From a virus (lineage: Duplodnaviria; Caudoviricetes), in the IMG/VR virus record IMGVR_UViG_3300036790_000232, positions 1-53,085 of that record: DNA of 53,085 nt, one strand, 5' to 3'. The notes under the pieces were generated by a model. The model made no database searches. It saw only the letters and a program-made list of their open reading frames with translations, and was not told the origin of the DNA. Position 1 is the first letter of the stretch. Each line of letters begins with the position of its first letter. The translations under genes and the position numbers were made by a program. This document shows positions 24,984 to 35,243 of the stretch, in pieces.

Positions 24984-25456
24984 TCCTCACCTTCGACCAG
25001 GAAGCCGTGAACACGCTGTTCGCGCGGATCGTCAGCCCGTGCGCGGAGATCGGCGCGTTCCGCAGCAGCGTCATAAAGCACGAGCCCAAGGCCGCGCCCA
25101 CGGCACTGCCAGCGCTGGCGCTGTGGTGGTCGGGTATCGGCCCGGCGCGCGGCTTCAGCGGACTGGCGGCGACGTCGGCGCGGATCGAGTTCCGCGGCCG
25201 TGTCTACATGAACTTCAGGTCCCGCCCCGAAGACGACATCGACCCGCAGCTGATGGCGCTGACCTCGCAGGTGATCGCCGCGTTCAGCGGCGCGTTCACG
25301 CTCAACGGCGACGTCGCCGCGGTCGACCTGCTCGGCGGGTGGGGCAACCCGCTGTCGGCGGAGGCGGGCTACATCGAGCACGACGGCCAGGACTTCCGCG
25401 TGGCCGAGATCGTCATACCCCTCATCGTCGATGACGTCTGGAGTCAGGTGCCATGA
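24980..25456 (+). CDS. Tail terminator/completion protein
   Basis: HEPKAAP, FTLNG.V..VDLLG; position in gene order. Confidence 0.7.
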   Translation: MILTFDQEAVNTLFARIVSPCAEIGAFRSSVIKHEPKAAPTALPALALWWSGIGPARGFSGLAATSARIEFRGRVYMNFRSRPEDDIDPQLMALTSQVIAAFSGAFTLNGDVAAVDLLGGWGNPLSAEAGYIEHDGQDFRVAEIVIPLIVDDVWSQVP

Positions 25457-26187
25457 GCGGAAAGCAGAGCGGACTCGCCGCGGCGCTCCTTGTCGGCGGC
25501 TACAACCTTTCCGGCGACATCAGCGCGGTGGACACGATCGGCGGCACGGTCGCGCTGCTCGACGTGACCGGCATCGACAAGTACGCGCACGAGCGGATCG
25601 GCGGGCTGCGCGACGGCACCATGTCGTTCACCTCGTTCTGGAACGACGCGAACAGCGTGCCGGTGCTGGACTCGCTGCCGGTCGCGGACGTGATCGCGAG
25701 CTTCCTCGTCCCGCCGCAGGCGATCGGCTCGCCCGCCGCCTGCCTCAAAAGCAAGCAGGTCAACTACGACCCGTCGCGCGGCAACGGCGGCGAGCTGACG
25801 ATGAAGACCGAGTGCCAGGGCCAGGGCTTCGGGACCGAGTGGTGCGAGCTGCTGACGCCGGGCCTGCGCACGGACACGACGGCGACCCACGGCGCGGACC
25901 TCGACGGCGGGGCGTCGTCCGCCTTCGGCGCGCAGGCCTACTTGCAGGTGACCGCGTTCGCCGGCACGTCGGTGACGGTGACCGTGGAGCACAGCGCGGA
26001 CAACTCGACGTGGTCGACGCTGCTGGCGTTCACCGCGGTCACCGCCGCGCCGGCCGGCCAGCGCGTCGCGGTGGCCAACACTGCGACGGTGGACCGCTAC
26101 CTGCGCGTGTCGACGTCGGGCACGTTCACGTCGGCCACGTTCGCCGCGGCGCTGGCGAGGAACCCCGTGGCGGGAGTTGCCTTCTGA
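25453..26187 (+). CDS. Tail tube-like protein with extra C-terminal domain
   Basis: DVTGIDKYAHERIGGLRDG and RGNGGELT shared with 26572-26988. Confidence 0.65.
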   Translation: MSGKQSGLAAALLVGGYNLSGDISAVDTIGGTVALLDVTGIDKYAHERIGGLRDGTMSFTSFWNDANSVPVLDSLPVADVIASFLVPPQAIGSPAACLKSKQVNYDPSRGNGGELTMKTECQGQGFGTEWCELLTPGLRTDTTATHGADLDGGASSAFGAQAYLQVTAFAGTSVTVTVEHSADNSTWSTLLAFTAVTAAPAGQRVAVANTATVDRYLRVSTSGTFTSATFAAALARNPVAGVAF

Positions 26188-26567
26188 TGGCGACTCGCGA
26201 CTACGTGATCAAGCTCCCGCGTGACACCACCATCGTCGCGGCCTGCGAGGACGTGGGCTGCGACCAGTGGCGCGACGGCTGGGAAACCGTCTGCGACGAG
26301 GCGGACGACATGGGCGGGAAGGTCGCGATGCTGATCCGCTCCGGGCAGACCGGCCGCGACTACGTGGAGTTCCCCGGCACGACGGTGACCGTGTTCCGGT
26401 TCGCCCCGCATCAGCGGTGCTTCCGCGAGCACCGCACCCGCCCGGCGAGGTTCCTGGTGCGCCCCGGCGGCGGCGCGCTGCCGGTCGCGCACACCCGCCT
26501 CGCCGACTGGGGCGACGACCTGATGGAGCACGGCGGCCGCCTGGCCGACGGCGCAAGGAAGGGGTAA
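26187..26567 (+). CDS. Hypothetical tail-region protein
   Basis: TGATG overlap; CEDVGC...GW...F.F.P.Q.CF.EH. Confidence 0.65.
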   Translation: MATRDYVIKLPRDTTIVAACEDVGCDQWRDGWETVCDEADDMGGKVAMLIRSGQTGRDYVEFPGTTVTVFRFAPHQRCFREHRTRPARFLVRPGGGALPVAHTRLADWGDDLMEHGGRLADGARKG

Positions 26568-26571
26568 CCAA

Positions 26572-26988
26572 TTGAAGACCTCCGGCCTCGGGGCGACAAT
26601 CTCAATCGACGACGCCAGCGGCGACGCGCAGGACGTCAGCAACGACGTCGGCGACTTCACCATTGCCACGCCGCGCGCGGTGCAGGACACCACCGGCGTG
26701 GACAAGTACGCGCACGAGCGGCTGCTGCTGCTCGCCGACGGCACGGTCCAGTTCAAGGGCGTCTTCAACGCGGCGGCGAACATGTCGCACGCGGTGCTGT
26801 CGTCGGTGCCGAGCACGAGCGTGACCCGCACCGTGGCGATCACCCCGACCGCGGTCAGCACCCCGAACCTGTCGATGGAGATGCTGTTCAGCTCCTACGA
26901 CGTGGCGCGCGGCAACGGCGGCGAGCTTACGTGGTCGGCTGACGCAGCCCTTCAGGACGGCACAAGTCCTTCTTGGGTCAACAGCTGA
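26572..26988 (+). CDS. Major tail (tube) protein
   Basis: TTG start; QDTTGVDKYAHERLLLLADG; directly upstream of the tail chaperone. Confidence 0.75.
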   Translation: MKTSGLGATISIDDASGDAQDVSNDVGDFTIATPRAVQDTTGVDKYAHERLLLLADGTVQFKGVFNAAANMSHAVLSSVPSTSVTRTVAITPTAVSTPNLSMEMLFSSYDVARGNGGELTWSADAALQDGTSPSWVNS

Positions 26989-27544
26989 TGGGTTACCGTC
27001 CGCCGTCGACCGGGTCCGACCTGGACTTCACGGGCACCCAGCACGAGGGCCTGCAGGTCCGGATGGACAGCGTGCCGCTCGGGATGCTGCTGGAGATCGG
27101 CGAGCTGGCCCAGGGGATGCAGAGCGGCGACCTGTCGCAGATGCGGGTCCTGTTCTCCATGTTCGCGGGCCTCGTCGAGGAGTGGAACGTCGAGGACCGC
27201 AAGGGCGAGCCGGTGCCGGCCACGCTCGACGGGGTCATGTCGCAGGACACGGCGTTCGTCATGGCGGTGATCACCGCGTGGATCAAGGCGGTGTCGTCGG
27301 CGCCGCCCCCTTTGCCAGGGAGCTCGGAATCTGGCGGGACCTCGGCGGAGGAACTCGCAGCGATGGCAGCACTGTCGAGCGCCCTGCCGAGCTCGTCGCC
27401 GCAGAGGTTGTTATCGGGCTCTGCGACCGCTGGCACTGCCTGCCGTCGCAGGTGATGAACGAGCCCGCGCACCTGCTGCGGATGCTCGACGTCTACGAGC
27501 TCGGCCACCGCGAGGAAGACGGGAAGCCGGAGGGGGGTGAGTAG
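26988..27544 (+). CDS. Tail assembly chaperones (short form 26988-27455; -1 frameshift form to 27544)
   Basis: WNVED..GEPVP.T..G motif; C CCT TTG slippery heptamer at 27308-27314; -1 frame encodes LCDRWHCLPSQV. Confidence 0.8.
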
Positions 27545-27546
27545 TC

Positions 27547-30420
27547 ATCGCGGACAACTACGTATCGATATCGGTCAAAGCGACCGACGGCGCGAAGCCG
27601 GACCTCGACGAGCTCAAGGCGCGGCTCGCCGACCTGAACAAGCAGGTAGCGGAGGCGCAGGCCAACGTCGACACCAAGGACGGCGCGGCTAAGCTCGCCG
27701 CCCTGCAGGTCAGGCTCGACGCGATCGGCAAGCAGGTCGCCAACCCGAAGATCGACGTGGCCGGGGCGAACAAGGCGCTCGCCTCGGTGCTCGCCGTCGA
27801 CACGGCCCTCGACGCGCTCGGCAGCAAGGCGCCGGATAACGCGAAGCAGGCCGGAGAGAAGACGGGCGACAGCTTCGCGAAGGGCTTCGTCTCCTACGTC
27901 AAGCCGCCGATGTCGCTTCCCGCGCTGATCACGGGCGGGGTGCTGTCCGGGCTGGCGGCGCTCCCGGCGCTGACAGCCGGGCTCGGCGCGGCGGCTGGCA
28001 TCGGGCTGGGCGCGGCGTTCCTGATCTCGACGAACGCGAGCGTGAAGAACGCGGGGACGTCGCTGGTGTCCACGCTCAAGGGCGTGATGACGCAGGCGAC
28101 GCAGCCGCTGATCGCCCCGCTTGAGGACGCGTTCAAGCAGCTCGGCTCGTTCATGCAGCAGATTGGCCCGCAGGTCAAGGAAGTCTTCTCCGCGCTCGCC
28201 CCGATGATCCAGCCGTTCACCTACGCGATCGAGGGCCTGGTCGGCGGGATCCTGCCGGGGTTCATCTCGCTGATGAAGGCGGCTCAGCCGGCGGTGCAGG
28301 CGCTGGCCGGGATCATCGCCGGGCTGGGCTATGACCTGGGGAGCATGTTCCAGGCGTTCGCCCCCGCGGTGCAGGCGTCGGCGGGGGTGCTGAAGATGCT
28401 GGGTGACCTGCTCGACGGCCTGTTCCCGGTGATCGGGAAGCTGGCCGCGTCGCTGGCCGGGTCGCTTGCCCCGGTCATCCAGGCGTTCGGCGGGGCGATC
28501 GACGCGATCATGCCCGGCCTGCTGACCATCGGGAAGATCCTGGGCTCGCTGGCGGGCGCGATCCTGACGTCGCTGTCGGGGGCGCTGCAGGCGGTCGCCT
28601 CGGTGGTGAAGGCCGCGGCCCCTGGCTTCACCGCGCTGGCGGGGGCGCTCGCGCAGGTGTTCAGCGCGATGGAGAACACGGGGGCGTTCGGCGCGCTGGA
28701 GGACGCGATCGAGGACGTGGCGGGGCCGCTCGGCCAGCTCGTCAACGGGGTCCTGAAGGCGGCCGCCCCGATCATCAGCCAGCTGGCGGGGCTGGCCACG
28801 GGACTGGGGGCATCGCTGTCGGGGGCGCTGGCCGGGGCCGTCATGGCGATCCTGCCGCCGCTGACGAAGCTGGCCGAGACGGTGCTGACCTCGCTGGGCA
28901 AGGTGCTCGGCCAGCTGGTCGGCCCGGCGGAGGACTTCTTCGGCGCGCTCACCGTGGCTCTTTCTGACGGCCTGGTCGACGTGGTCGACGCCCTGATCAA
29001 GCTGGCGACGCAGGCGCTCGGCCCGCTGCTGCAGGTGCTGCCGACGCTCGCCGGGCTGGTCGGGAAGTTCTTCGAGTCGTTCACCACCGGCAGCACAGAG
29101 GACGCCATCCTCAAGATCGTCAACGCCCTGATCAAGGTCGCGACCTCGGCCCTCGGCCCGCTCGGCACCCTGCTGCCCGCGGTCGTCCCGCTGGTCGGCG
29201 CGCTGCTCGACGTGTTCACCCCGGTGGTCGCGACGGCGGTCGCGGACATCGCGACGGCGCTGGCGGCGATCGTGAGCGCGATCCCGCCGGGCGTCATCCA
29301 GGCGCTGGCGGTCGGCTTCGTGGCCATCGCGGGCGGCATCAGGCTGTGGGCGGTCGCGCAGGGCATCCTCGACGCGGCCATGGCCGTCAGCCCGTGGATG
29401 CTGCTCATCGGCGCTATCGCGCTGCTGTCCATCGGGATCGTCGAGCTGGTGAAGCACTGGCACGCGGTCGCCGCCGCGTTCGACACGGTGCGCCATGCCG
29501 TGGCCACGGCCGCGCATGACATCGCCAGCGTGTTCGACCGGATACGTCACGACATCGCCGCCGCAGTGGACGGGGTGATCAACTTCCTCAAGGCGCACTG
29601 GAAGCTGATCCTCTCCATCCTGCTCGACCCGATCGGCACCGCGGTGATGGAGATCCACCAGCACTGGGCGCAGATCAAGCAGGCGTTCGATCAGGGGTGG
29701 CACGACGTGGTAGCCGCCCTCGACGGGCTGCGCCATGACATCGCCTCGGCGTTCGACAACATCCGCCACGACATCGCGGCGAAGGTCGACGCGATCCCGG
29801 GTGACATCGTCAAGGCGTTCGACACGATCCGTCACGACATCGCCACCGCATGGGACAACGTGCGCCACGACGCGGCGACCGCCTGGGACAACCTGGTCGC
29901 CACCGTGAAATCCAAGATCAGCGAGGTGCTGCAGTACATCGGCCAGCTGCCCGGCAAGATCCTCTCGTTCCTGGCGCGGCTGCCCGGCGAGATGCTGACG
30001 GCCGGGGAGAACATCATCAAGGGCCTGATCAACGGCATCCTCAATGCAGCCGCTGACATCCCGTCGATCATGGCCGGCCTGGCGTCCGACGTGGCCAGCT
30101 ACTTCACCGACCCGCTGAAGATCTTCTCCCCGTCGCGGGTGTTCTTCGAGCACGGCGCCAACATCGTCCAGGGCGCCATCAACGGCGTCCAGTCCACGGC
30201 GCCGAAGCTGCGCAGCACGATGCAGCAGCTGGGGACGCAGGTGGCCCGCGCCGGGCTCGGCAGCTCTGCGGCCGGGGGAGCGGGTGCCGCGGGCACGAGC
30301 AGCGCGCACACGGTGCAGCTGCAGTTCCAGGGCAACAGCTCGGACAAGTTCGAGCAGTGGTTCCGCCAGCGGGTCCGCGTCATCGGCGGCGGCGATGTCC
30401 AGAAGGCCTTCGGCAACTGA
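27547..30420 (+). CDS. Tape measure protein
   Basis: Long Ala/Gly/Leu-rich helical protein, FD.IRHDIA repeats, L.I.SPSRVF; frame is open from 27541. Confidence 0.9.
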   Translation: MADNYVSISVKATDGAKPDLDELKARLADLNKQVAEAQANVDTKDGAAKLAALQVRLDAIGKQVANPKIDVAGANKALASVLAVDTALDALGSKAPDNAKQAGEKTGDSFAKGFVSYVKPPMSLPALITGGVLSGLAALPALTAGLGAAAGIGLGAAFLISTNASVKNAGTSLVSTLKGVMTQATQPLIAPLEDAFKQLGSFMQQIGPQVKEVFSALAPMIQPFTYAIEGLVGGILPGFISLMKAAQPAVQALAGIIAGLGYDLGSMFQAFAPAVQASAGVLKMLGDLLDGLFPVIGKLAASLAGSLAPVIQAFGGAIDAIMPGLLTIGKILGSLAGAILTSLSGALQAVASVVKAAAPGFTALAGALAQVFSAMENTGAFGALEDAIEDVAGPLGQLVNGVLKAAAPIISQLAGLATGLGASLSGALAGAVMAILPPLTKLAETVLTSLGKVLGQLVGPAEDFFGALTVALSDGLVDVVDALIKLATQALGPLLQVLPTLAGLVGKFFESFTTGSTEDAILKIVNALIKVATSALGPLGTLLPAVVPLVGALLDVFTPVVATAVADIATALAAIVSAIPPGVIQALAVGFVAIAGGIRLWAVAQGILDAAMAVSPWMLLIGAIALLSIGIVELVKHWHAVAAAFDTVRHAVATAAHDIASVFDRIRHDIAAAVDGVINFLKAHWKLILSILLDPIGTAVMEIHQHWAQIKQAFDQGWHDVVAALDGLRHDIASAFDNIRHDIAAKVDAIPGDIVKAFDTIRHDIATAWDNVRHDAATAWDNLVATVKSKISEVLQYIGQLPGKILSFLARLPGEMLTAGENIIKGLINGILNAAADIPSIMAGLASDVASYFTDPLKIFSPSRVFFEHGANIVQGAINGVQSTAPKLRSTMQQLGTQVARAGLGSSAAGGAGAAGTSSAHTVQLQFQGNSSDKFEQWFRQRVRVIGGGDVQKAFGN

Positions 30421-30445
30421 TGACCATTAACCAAGGAGACAGCAA

Positions 30446-30916
30446 GTGGCCCTGACCGCGTACACGCAGCCGAAGTTCCTGCTCAACCACATGGGCAAGG
30501 CCCTGGTGAACATGTCGACCGACACGTTCAAGGTCGGCCTGATCGCCTCCGGCACCCTGAACGCCTCGCGGACGACCACCGAGGCGTACGAGTTCGTCAG
30601 CGACCTGCTCGCCAACAGCGGCTCGGCGCTGACCGAGGTGAGCGGCACCGGCTACAGCCGGCAGAGCCTGACTAGCGTCGCGTGGTCGCAGTCCGCCCTG
30701 GTCGTCGAGTTCACCGCGGCTAACCCCGCGTGGACTAGCTCAACGTTCTCAACGAACTACGCGTGGATCCACGACGAGACGGCCAGCTCGACGACCGATG
30801 CGACCCGCCCGCTGCTGGCGATCTTCGACCTCGGCGGCACGCAGTCGGTCTCCGGCACCACGTTCACGCTGACGGTCAACGCCTCCGGCCTGGCCACCTT
30901 CACCGCCGCGGTCTGA
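30446..30916 (+). CDS. Minor tail/virion protein
   Basis: AAGGAG RBS; DTFKVGL...EVSGTGYSR...L.AIFD.G family pattern. Confidence 0.7.
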   Translation: MALTAYTQPKFLLNHMGKALVNMSTDTFKVGLIASGTLNASRTTTEAYEFVSDLLANSGSALTEVSGTGYSRQSLTSVAWSQSALVVEFTAANPAWTSSTFSTNYAWIHDETASSTTDATRPLLAIFDLGGTQSVSGTTFTLTVNASGLATFTAAV

Positions 30917-30983
30917 CCCTTCCCGTACGGCGCGCAGGAGGAGGTGAGACCGCCGTGGCGCTGACGATCGCGGCGGGCTCGCC

Positions 30984-33900
30984 GTGACCAGCCTGTTCAG
31001 CCAGGCCACCCCGACCGGCACGATCACCGCCGGCACCGGCAACAACGGCACCAACGGCCTGCACTTCACCGTCTCGGCCGCGGCCCCGCTAGAGGGCACC
31101 TGGCACTGGAGCTCGTCATCGGACACGCAGCTCCCGACGTCTATCGGCCTCTACAGCACGCAGGCCAGCCCGTCCACCGGCACCGTGGTGGTGGCCGCGC
31201 AGGCGGCCACCTGGCTCACGGGCCCCGGCGGAACCGCGGCGGCGGCCGGGTCGGGCTGGTGCTACGCGGCGTTCACCTCGCCGCCGACCCTGGCCAGCGG
31301 CACGAACTACATGGCCGTCGCGTTCAGGAACGACGCGGCTAACCGCTGGTTCTCGTTCTACTCCGTGACCTGGCCTGTTACCTCCGGCATCATCACCGCG
31401 CCGAAGGACGAGTCCACCTCGGCCCTGAGCCAGGGCTGGTACAACATCGGGACGGCGCTCGCCTTCCCGGCCACGCAGTCCGGTACCGCCGGCAGCAACT
31501 TCGGCATGGACGTCGAGGTCGGCTCGGGCACGTCCGTTTCCCTTCCTGTCGCGCAGGTCACCGCGGCGGCCCCGCTGCCCGCGCTCGCCGCGGGCCCCGT
31601 TGCGATCCCGGTCGCCCAGGTGGCCGCTGCCGCGAACACGGTGACCGGCGGCGGCATAACCGCCGGGGTGATCCGCAGCGAGGCGGGCGGCGGCCTGCTG
31701 ACGGAGGACGGCGGGTCGCTCGCCACCGAGGTACCCGCCGGGGCGCTGACCCTTCCCGTCGCCCAGGTTTCCGTGGCCGGCCTCGCCCTCGTTCCCGTCG
31801 TGTCGGTGCCGCTCCCGGCGGCCGCCGTCGCCGTCTCGGCCCCGCTCCCGTCACTGGCCGCGGGCCCGGTCGCCCTGCCCGCGGCACAGGTGGATGCCGC
31901 GGCCCCGCTGCCCGTCCCGGCCGTCTCCGTGCCGCTGCCCGTCGCCCAGGTCAACGCCGCGGGCTTCGCGCTGACCCCGGACACCAGCGTCTTCGTCGCC
32001 TTGCCCGTCGCCCAGGTCGCCGTCTCGGCGCCCGTCCCGTCGCTGGCAGCCGGACCTGTCGCGCTTCCTGCCGGGGCTGTCGAGGTGGCCGCCCCGCTGC
32101 CGGCTCCTGTCGCATCGGTCCCGCTGCCGGTCGCGCAGGAGGCGGTAGCCGCCTACTCCCCGGCGTCGGCCGCGGGGCCCGTCTCGCTCCCGGCTGCCGC
32201 GGTCACCGTGGCCGCCCCGCTGCCGGCTCCGGCCGCCAAGGTGCCGCTCCCTGCCGCGCAGGTCAACGTAGCGGCGCCGCTACCTTTGCCGTCGGTATCC
32301 GTCCCGCTCCCTGCCGCGCAGGTCACGGCGGCCGGGCACCCGCTGGCGCCGTCGGCCCCGGTCTTCGTCGCGCTCCCGGTCGCCCAGGTCACCGCCGCGG
32401 CGCTGCCCGTTACGCCCTTCGTCCCGCCGGTGTTCCCGTACGCGCCCCTCGACCTGCGCTGTGAACTGCTGCTCGGCACCACCTACACCGACGTCAGCGG
32501 CTACGCCTACCAGCGGGCGGGCACCTCGCCGCCCATCTCGATCACCCGCGGCCGTCCCGACGAGTCGAGCACCGCCAACCCGGCGGCGTGCACGTGGGAG
32601 TGGAACAACCGCGACGGCCGGTTCAGCCCGCTCAACCCGCTGTCCCCGTACTTCGGGATGCTCGGCCGCAACACGCCGGTGCGCTGGTCGGTACCCGCCG
32701 CGAGCACGTACCTGCGGCTTGAGGCAGGCGTGGGCGCCTACGCCTACGCCCCGGAGGCGAGCCGCCTGGACATCACCGGCAGCCTGGAAGTGCGGATCGC
32801 GCTGCGCATGTCGGACTGGCGGGCGTGCGACCTGGCCGGCAAGTTCGACGGCACCTCGGCCAGCAGCTGGATCTGGAACACCGACGCTGACGGGACCATG
32901 CAGTTCTGGTGGTGGGACGGCAGCGCGCTGCACTTTGTCCAGTCGACGGCCCCGCTGCCGGCCGGGACCAGGGCCGTCAGGGTCACGCTCGACGTCACCA
33001 CGGGCACGGTCACCCACTACACCTCGACGGGGATCGACGGGACGTGGACGCAGCTGGGGACCGCGGCCAGCGGGACCGGCGGCGCGTCCACCAGCGTGCA
33101 CTCCGGGTCGGGGTCCTCGGTGCCGCTCACGGTCGGCTGGTCGGCGAACAACCCGACGTGGCAGCTGTACGGGCGGGTGACCGGCTTCCGCCTGTACAAC
33201 GGCATCGGCGGGACCGTGGTGGCCGACGCGGCGTTCAGCGCCCAGGCGGCGGGCGCCGCGACGTGGACGGACTCACCGGGCAACACGTGGACGGTGACGG
33301 GCGGGGCGGAGCTGTCCGGCCGCGACTACCGCTTCAACGGCGAGATGTCGGCCCAGCCGCCCAAGTGGGACGTCACCGGCACCGACCAGGCGGTGACGGC
33401 GGCCGCGGGCGGGCCGCTGCGCAGGCTGTCCCAGGGCACCGCCAACGCGATGTCGGCGATGAAGCGCGCGATCCTGCTGCAGGGCGGGAGCCTGGCGCCG
33501 CAGGCGTACTGGAGCCTGGAGGACGCGGCGGGCGCGTCCGTGTTCGGCGCCTCTCTCGGCGGGCTGCCGATGACGTTCGACCAGAATCCCGCCCCGGACC
33601 TGGCCACCGACAGCAGCTTCATCGCGTCGGCCCCGCTGCCGACGTTCAACGGGTCGCGGTTTTACGGGCGGGTCGCGCCCTACTCCGGCGGCAGCAGCGT
33701 CATCGTCCGCTGGCTGTGCAAGCTCGGCACCGTCACCCTGCTGCCGGGCCTGACCTACGCGCCGCTGGCGCGCATCTCGACCTCCGGTACCGTCCGCGCC
33801 CTGTACGTGGTCGCGTTCGCGGGCAGCGGCACGCTCGGCCTGATCGGCTACGACAGCAGCGGCACCGACGTCATCAACACCGGCCCCCTCTCGTTCGGCG

Positions 33901-35234
33901 CCGACGGGACCCCGCTGTACTACTCGGTTGAGATCCAGCTCGTGTCCGGCAACGTGCAGGCCTCCCTGGTGACGCTGGCGCCGGGCGCGTCGTCCGGCCT
34001 GGCGGAGACCGTGACCCTCGCCGGCGGCAACGTCGGCAACTGCTCGGTCGTGGCACTCAACCCGAACGCGCTGTTCACCGACACGGTCGCCGGCCACGTC
34101 ACGCTGCAGGCGACCGACTCCTCCCTGTTCGCGCTCGGCCAGCCGCTGAACGCCTGGACGGGGGAGATGGCCGCCGACCGCTACGCCCGGCTCGCGGGCG
34201 AGAACGGCTACCAGGCGCGCATCATCGGCAGCCCGGCCTACTCGGCGCAGATGGGCCCGCAGGGGATCGACACCCTGTCCGACCTGCTGACGGAGGTTGA
34301 GGCGGCCGACCTCGGCCAGCAGTTCGAGCCGCGCCAGGTGCTCGCGCTCGGCTACCGCACCCTGGCCTCAATGTGCGCCCAGCCGCCGCGGCTGACGATG
34401 GACTACGCCCAGTCGCAGCCGGGCGGGGTCAACGGCGGCGGCTCCGACTCGGGCCTTGACCCCACCTACGATGACCAGCTGCTCGCCAACGACTGGACGG
34501 TGACCCGCGGCTCGTCGACCGGATCCCAGGGCGCGACCGTTCAGGTGCAGCTTGACGACGGCAGCGCGATGAGCATCAGCAACCCGCCGACGGGGGTCGG
34601 GGACTACGCGAAAACGCAGACCGTCAACACCGAGTACGACGCGCAGCTGCAGGACGTGGCCGGGTGGATGGTGCACACCGGGACGGTTGACCAGGCGAGG
34701 TGGCCGGGCATCCCCGTCAACCTGGCGCGGCCGGCGATCCAGGACGGCGGCCTGTACTACCCGGTGCTGGACGCCGACGTCGGGGATTACCTCGAGCTGG
34801 CCAGCCTGCCGGACGTCGTGCTGTACGACCCGGTGAAGCAGCTGCTGTTCGGCAGCAAGGAGTCGCTCGGCGGATTCCATCACACGGTGGAGTTCAACGC
34901 GGTGCCTGAGGTGCCGTATGAGGTGATCGTGCTGGATGACCCGGTGTACGGCCGGGTGGATACCGACGGGTCCACGCTGCACACTACGGCCGCCTACCCG
35001 CAGTCGTCGCTGTCGGTCAGCACGGGTGCCGGCTTCCCGCTGTGGACGACGGCGGCGGCTGACTTCCCGTTCGACGTCAACGTCAGCGGCATGCGGCTGA
35101 CGGTTACGAGCATCACCGGCTCGTCGAGCCCCCAGATCTTTACTGTCACGCCCGCGGTTAACGGCGTTGAGAAGTCCCTTGCCGCAGGCAGCGACGTGCG
35201 CCTGTGGTTCCCGCCGATCCTGTCACTCACCTAG
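30984..35234 (+). CDS. Large minor tail protein (N-terminal beta domain, LPVAQV repeats, tail-tip and LamG-like domains)
   Basis: ISITRGRPDE...NNRDGRFSP.NPLSPY.G.LGRNTPVR and AYWSLED motifs; 1416 aa. Confidence 0.85.
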   Translation: MTSLFSQATPTGTITAGTGNNGTNGLHFTVSAAAPLEGTWHWSSSSDTQLPTSIGLYSTQASPSTGTVVVAAQAATWLTGPGGTAAAAGSGWCYAAFTSPPTLASGTNYMAVAFRNDAANRWFSFYSVTWPVTSGIITAPKDESTSALSQGWYNIGTALAFPATQSGTAGSNFGMDVEVGSGTSVSLPVAQVTAAAPLPALAAGPVAIPVAQVAAAANTVTGGGITAGVIRSEAGGGLLTEDGGSLATEVPAGALTLPVAQVSVAGLALVPVVSVPLPAAAVAVSAPLPSLAAGPVALPAAQVDAAAPLPVPAVSVPLPVAQVNAAGFALTPDTSVFVALPVAQVAVSAPVPSLAAGPVALPAGAVEVAAPLPAPVASVPLPVAQEAVAAYSPASAAGPVSLPAAAVTVAAPLPAPAAKVPLPAAQVNVAAPLPLPSVSVPLPAAQVTAAGHPLAPSAPVFVALPVAQVTAAALPVTPFVPPVFPYAPLDLRCELLLGTTYTDVSGYAYQRAGTSPPISITRGRPDESSTANPAACTWEWNNRDGRFSPLNPLSPYFGMLGRNTPVRWSVPAASTYLRLEAGVGAYAYAPEASRLDITGSLEVRIALRMSDWRACDLAGKFDGTSASSWIWNTDADGTMQFWWWDGSALHFVQSTAPLPAGTRAVRVTLDVTTGTVTHYTSTGIDGTWTQLGTAASGTGGASTSVHSGSGSSVPLTVGWSANNPTWQLYGRVTGFRLYNGIGGTVVADAAFSAQAAGAATWTDSPGNTWTVTGGAELSGRDYRFNGEMSAQPPKWDVTGTDQAVTAAAGGPLRRLSQGTANAMSAMKRAILLQGGSLAPQAYWSLEDAAGASVFGASLGGLPMTFDQNPAPDLATDSSFIASAPLPTFNGSRFYGRVAPYSGGSSVIVRWLCKLGTVTLLPGLTYAPLARISTSGTVRALYVVAFAGSGTLGLIGYDSSGTDVINTGPLSFGADGTPLYYSVEIQLVSGNVQASLVTLAPGASSGLAETVTLAGGNVGNCSVVALNPNALFTDTVAGHVTLQATDSSLFALGQPLNAWTGEMAADRYARLAGENGYQARIIGSPAYSAQMGPQGIDTLSDLLTEVEAADLGQQFEPRQVLALGYRTLASMCAQPPRLTMDYAQSQPGGVNGGGSDSGLDPTYDDQLLANDWTVTRGSSTGSQGATVQVQLDDGSAMSISNPPTGVGDYAKTQTVNTEYDAQLQDVAGWMVHTGTVDQARWPGIPVNLARPAIQDGGLYYPVLDADVGDYLELASLPDVVLYDPVKQLLFGSKESLGGFHHTVEFNAVPEVPYEVIVLDDPVYGRVDTDGSTLHTTAAYPQSSLSVSTGAGFPLWTTAAADFPFDVNVSGMRLTVTSITGSSSPQIFTVTPAVNGVEKSLAAGSDVRLWFPPILSLT
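31530..32420 (+). repeat. About 14 imperfect ~20-aa coding repeats (V.LPVAQV.VAAPLP)
   Basis: Visible in the translation of 30984-35234; boundaries approximate. Confidence 0.75.
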
Positions 35235-35243
35235 GAGGCCAGC

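Noticed and set aside
27493-30309. 938-aa minus-strand ORF and similar long antisense ORFs
   Set aside because: Antisense shadows of real genes caused by high GC3 and scarce stop codons.
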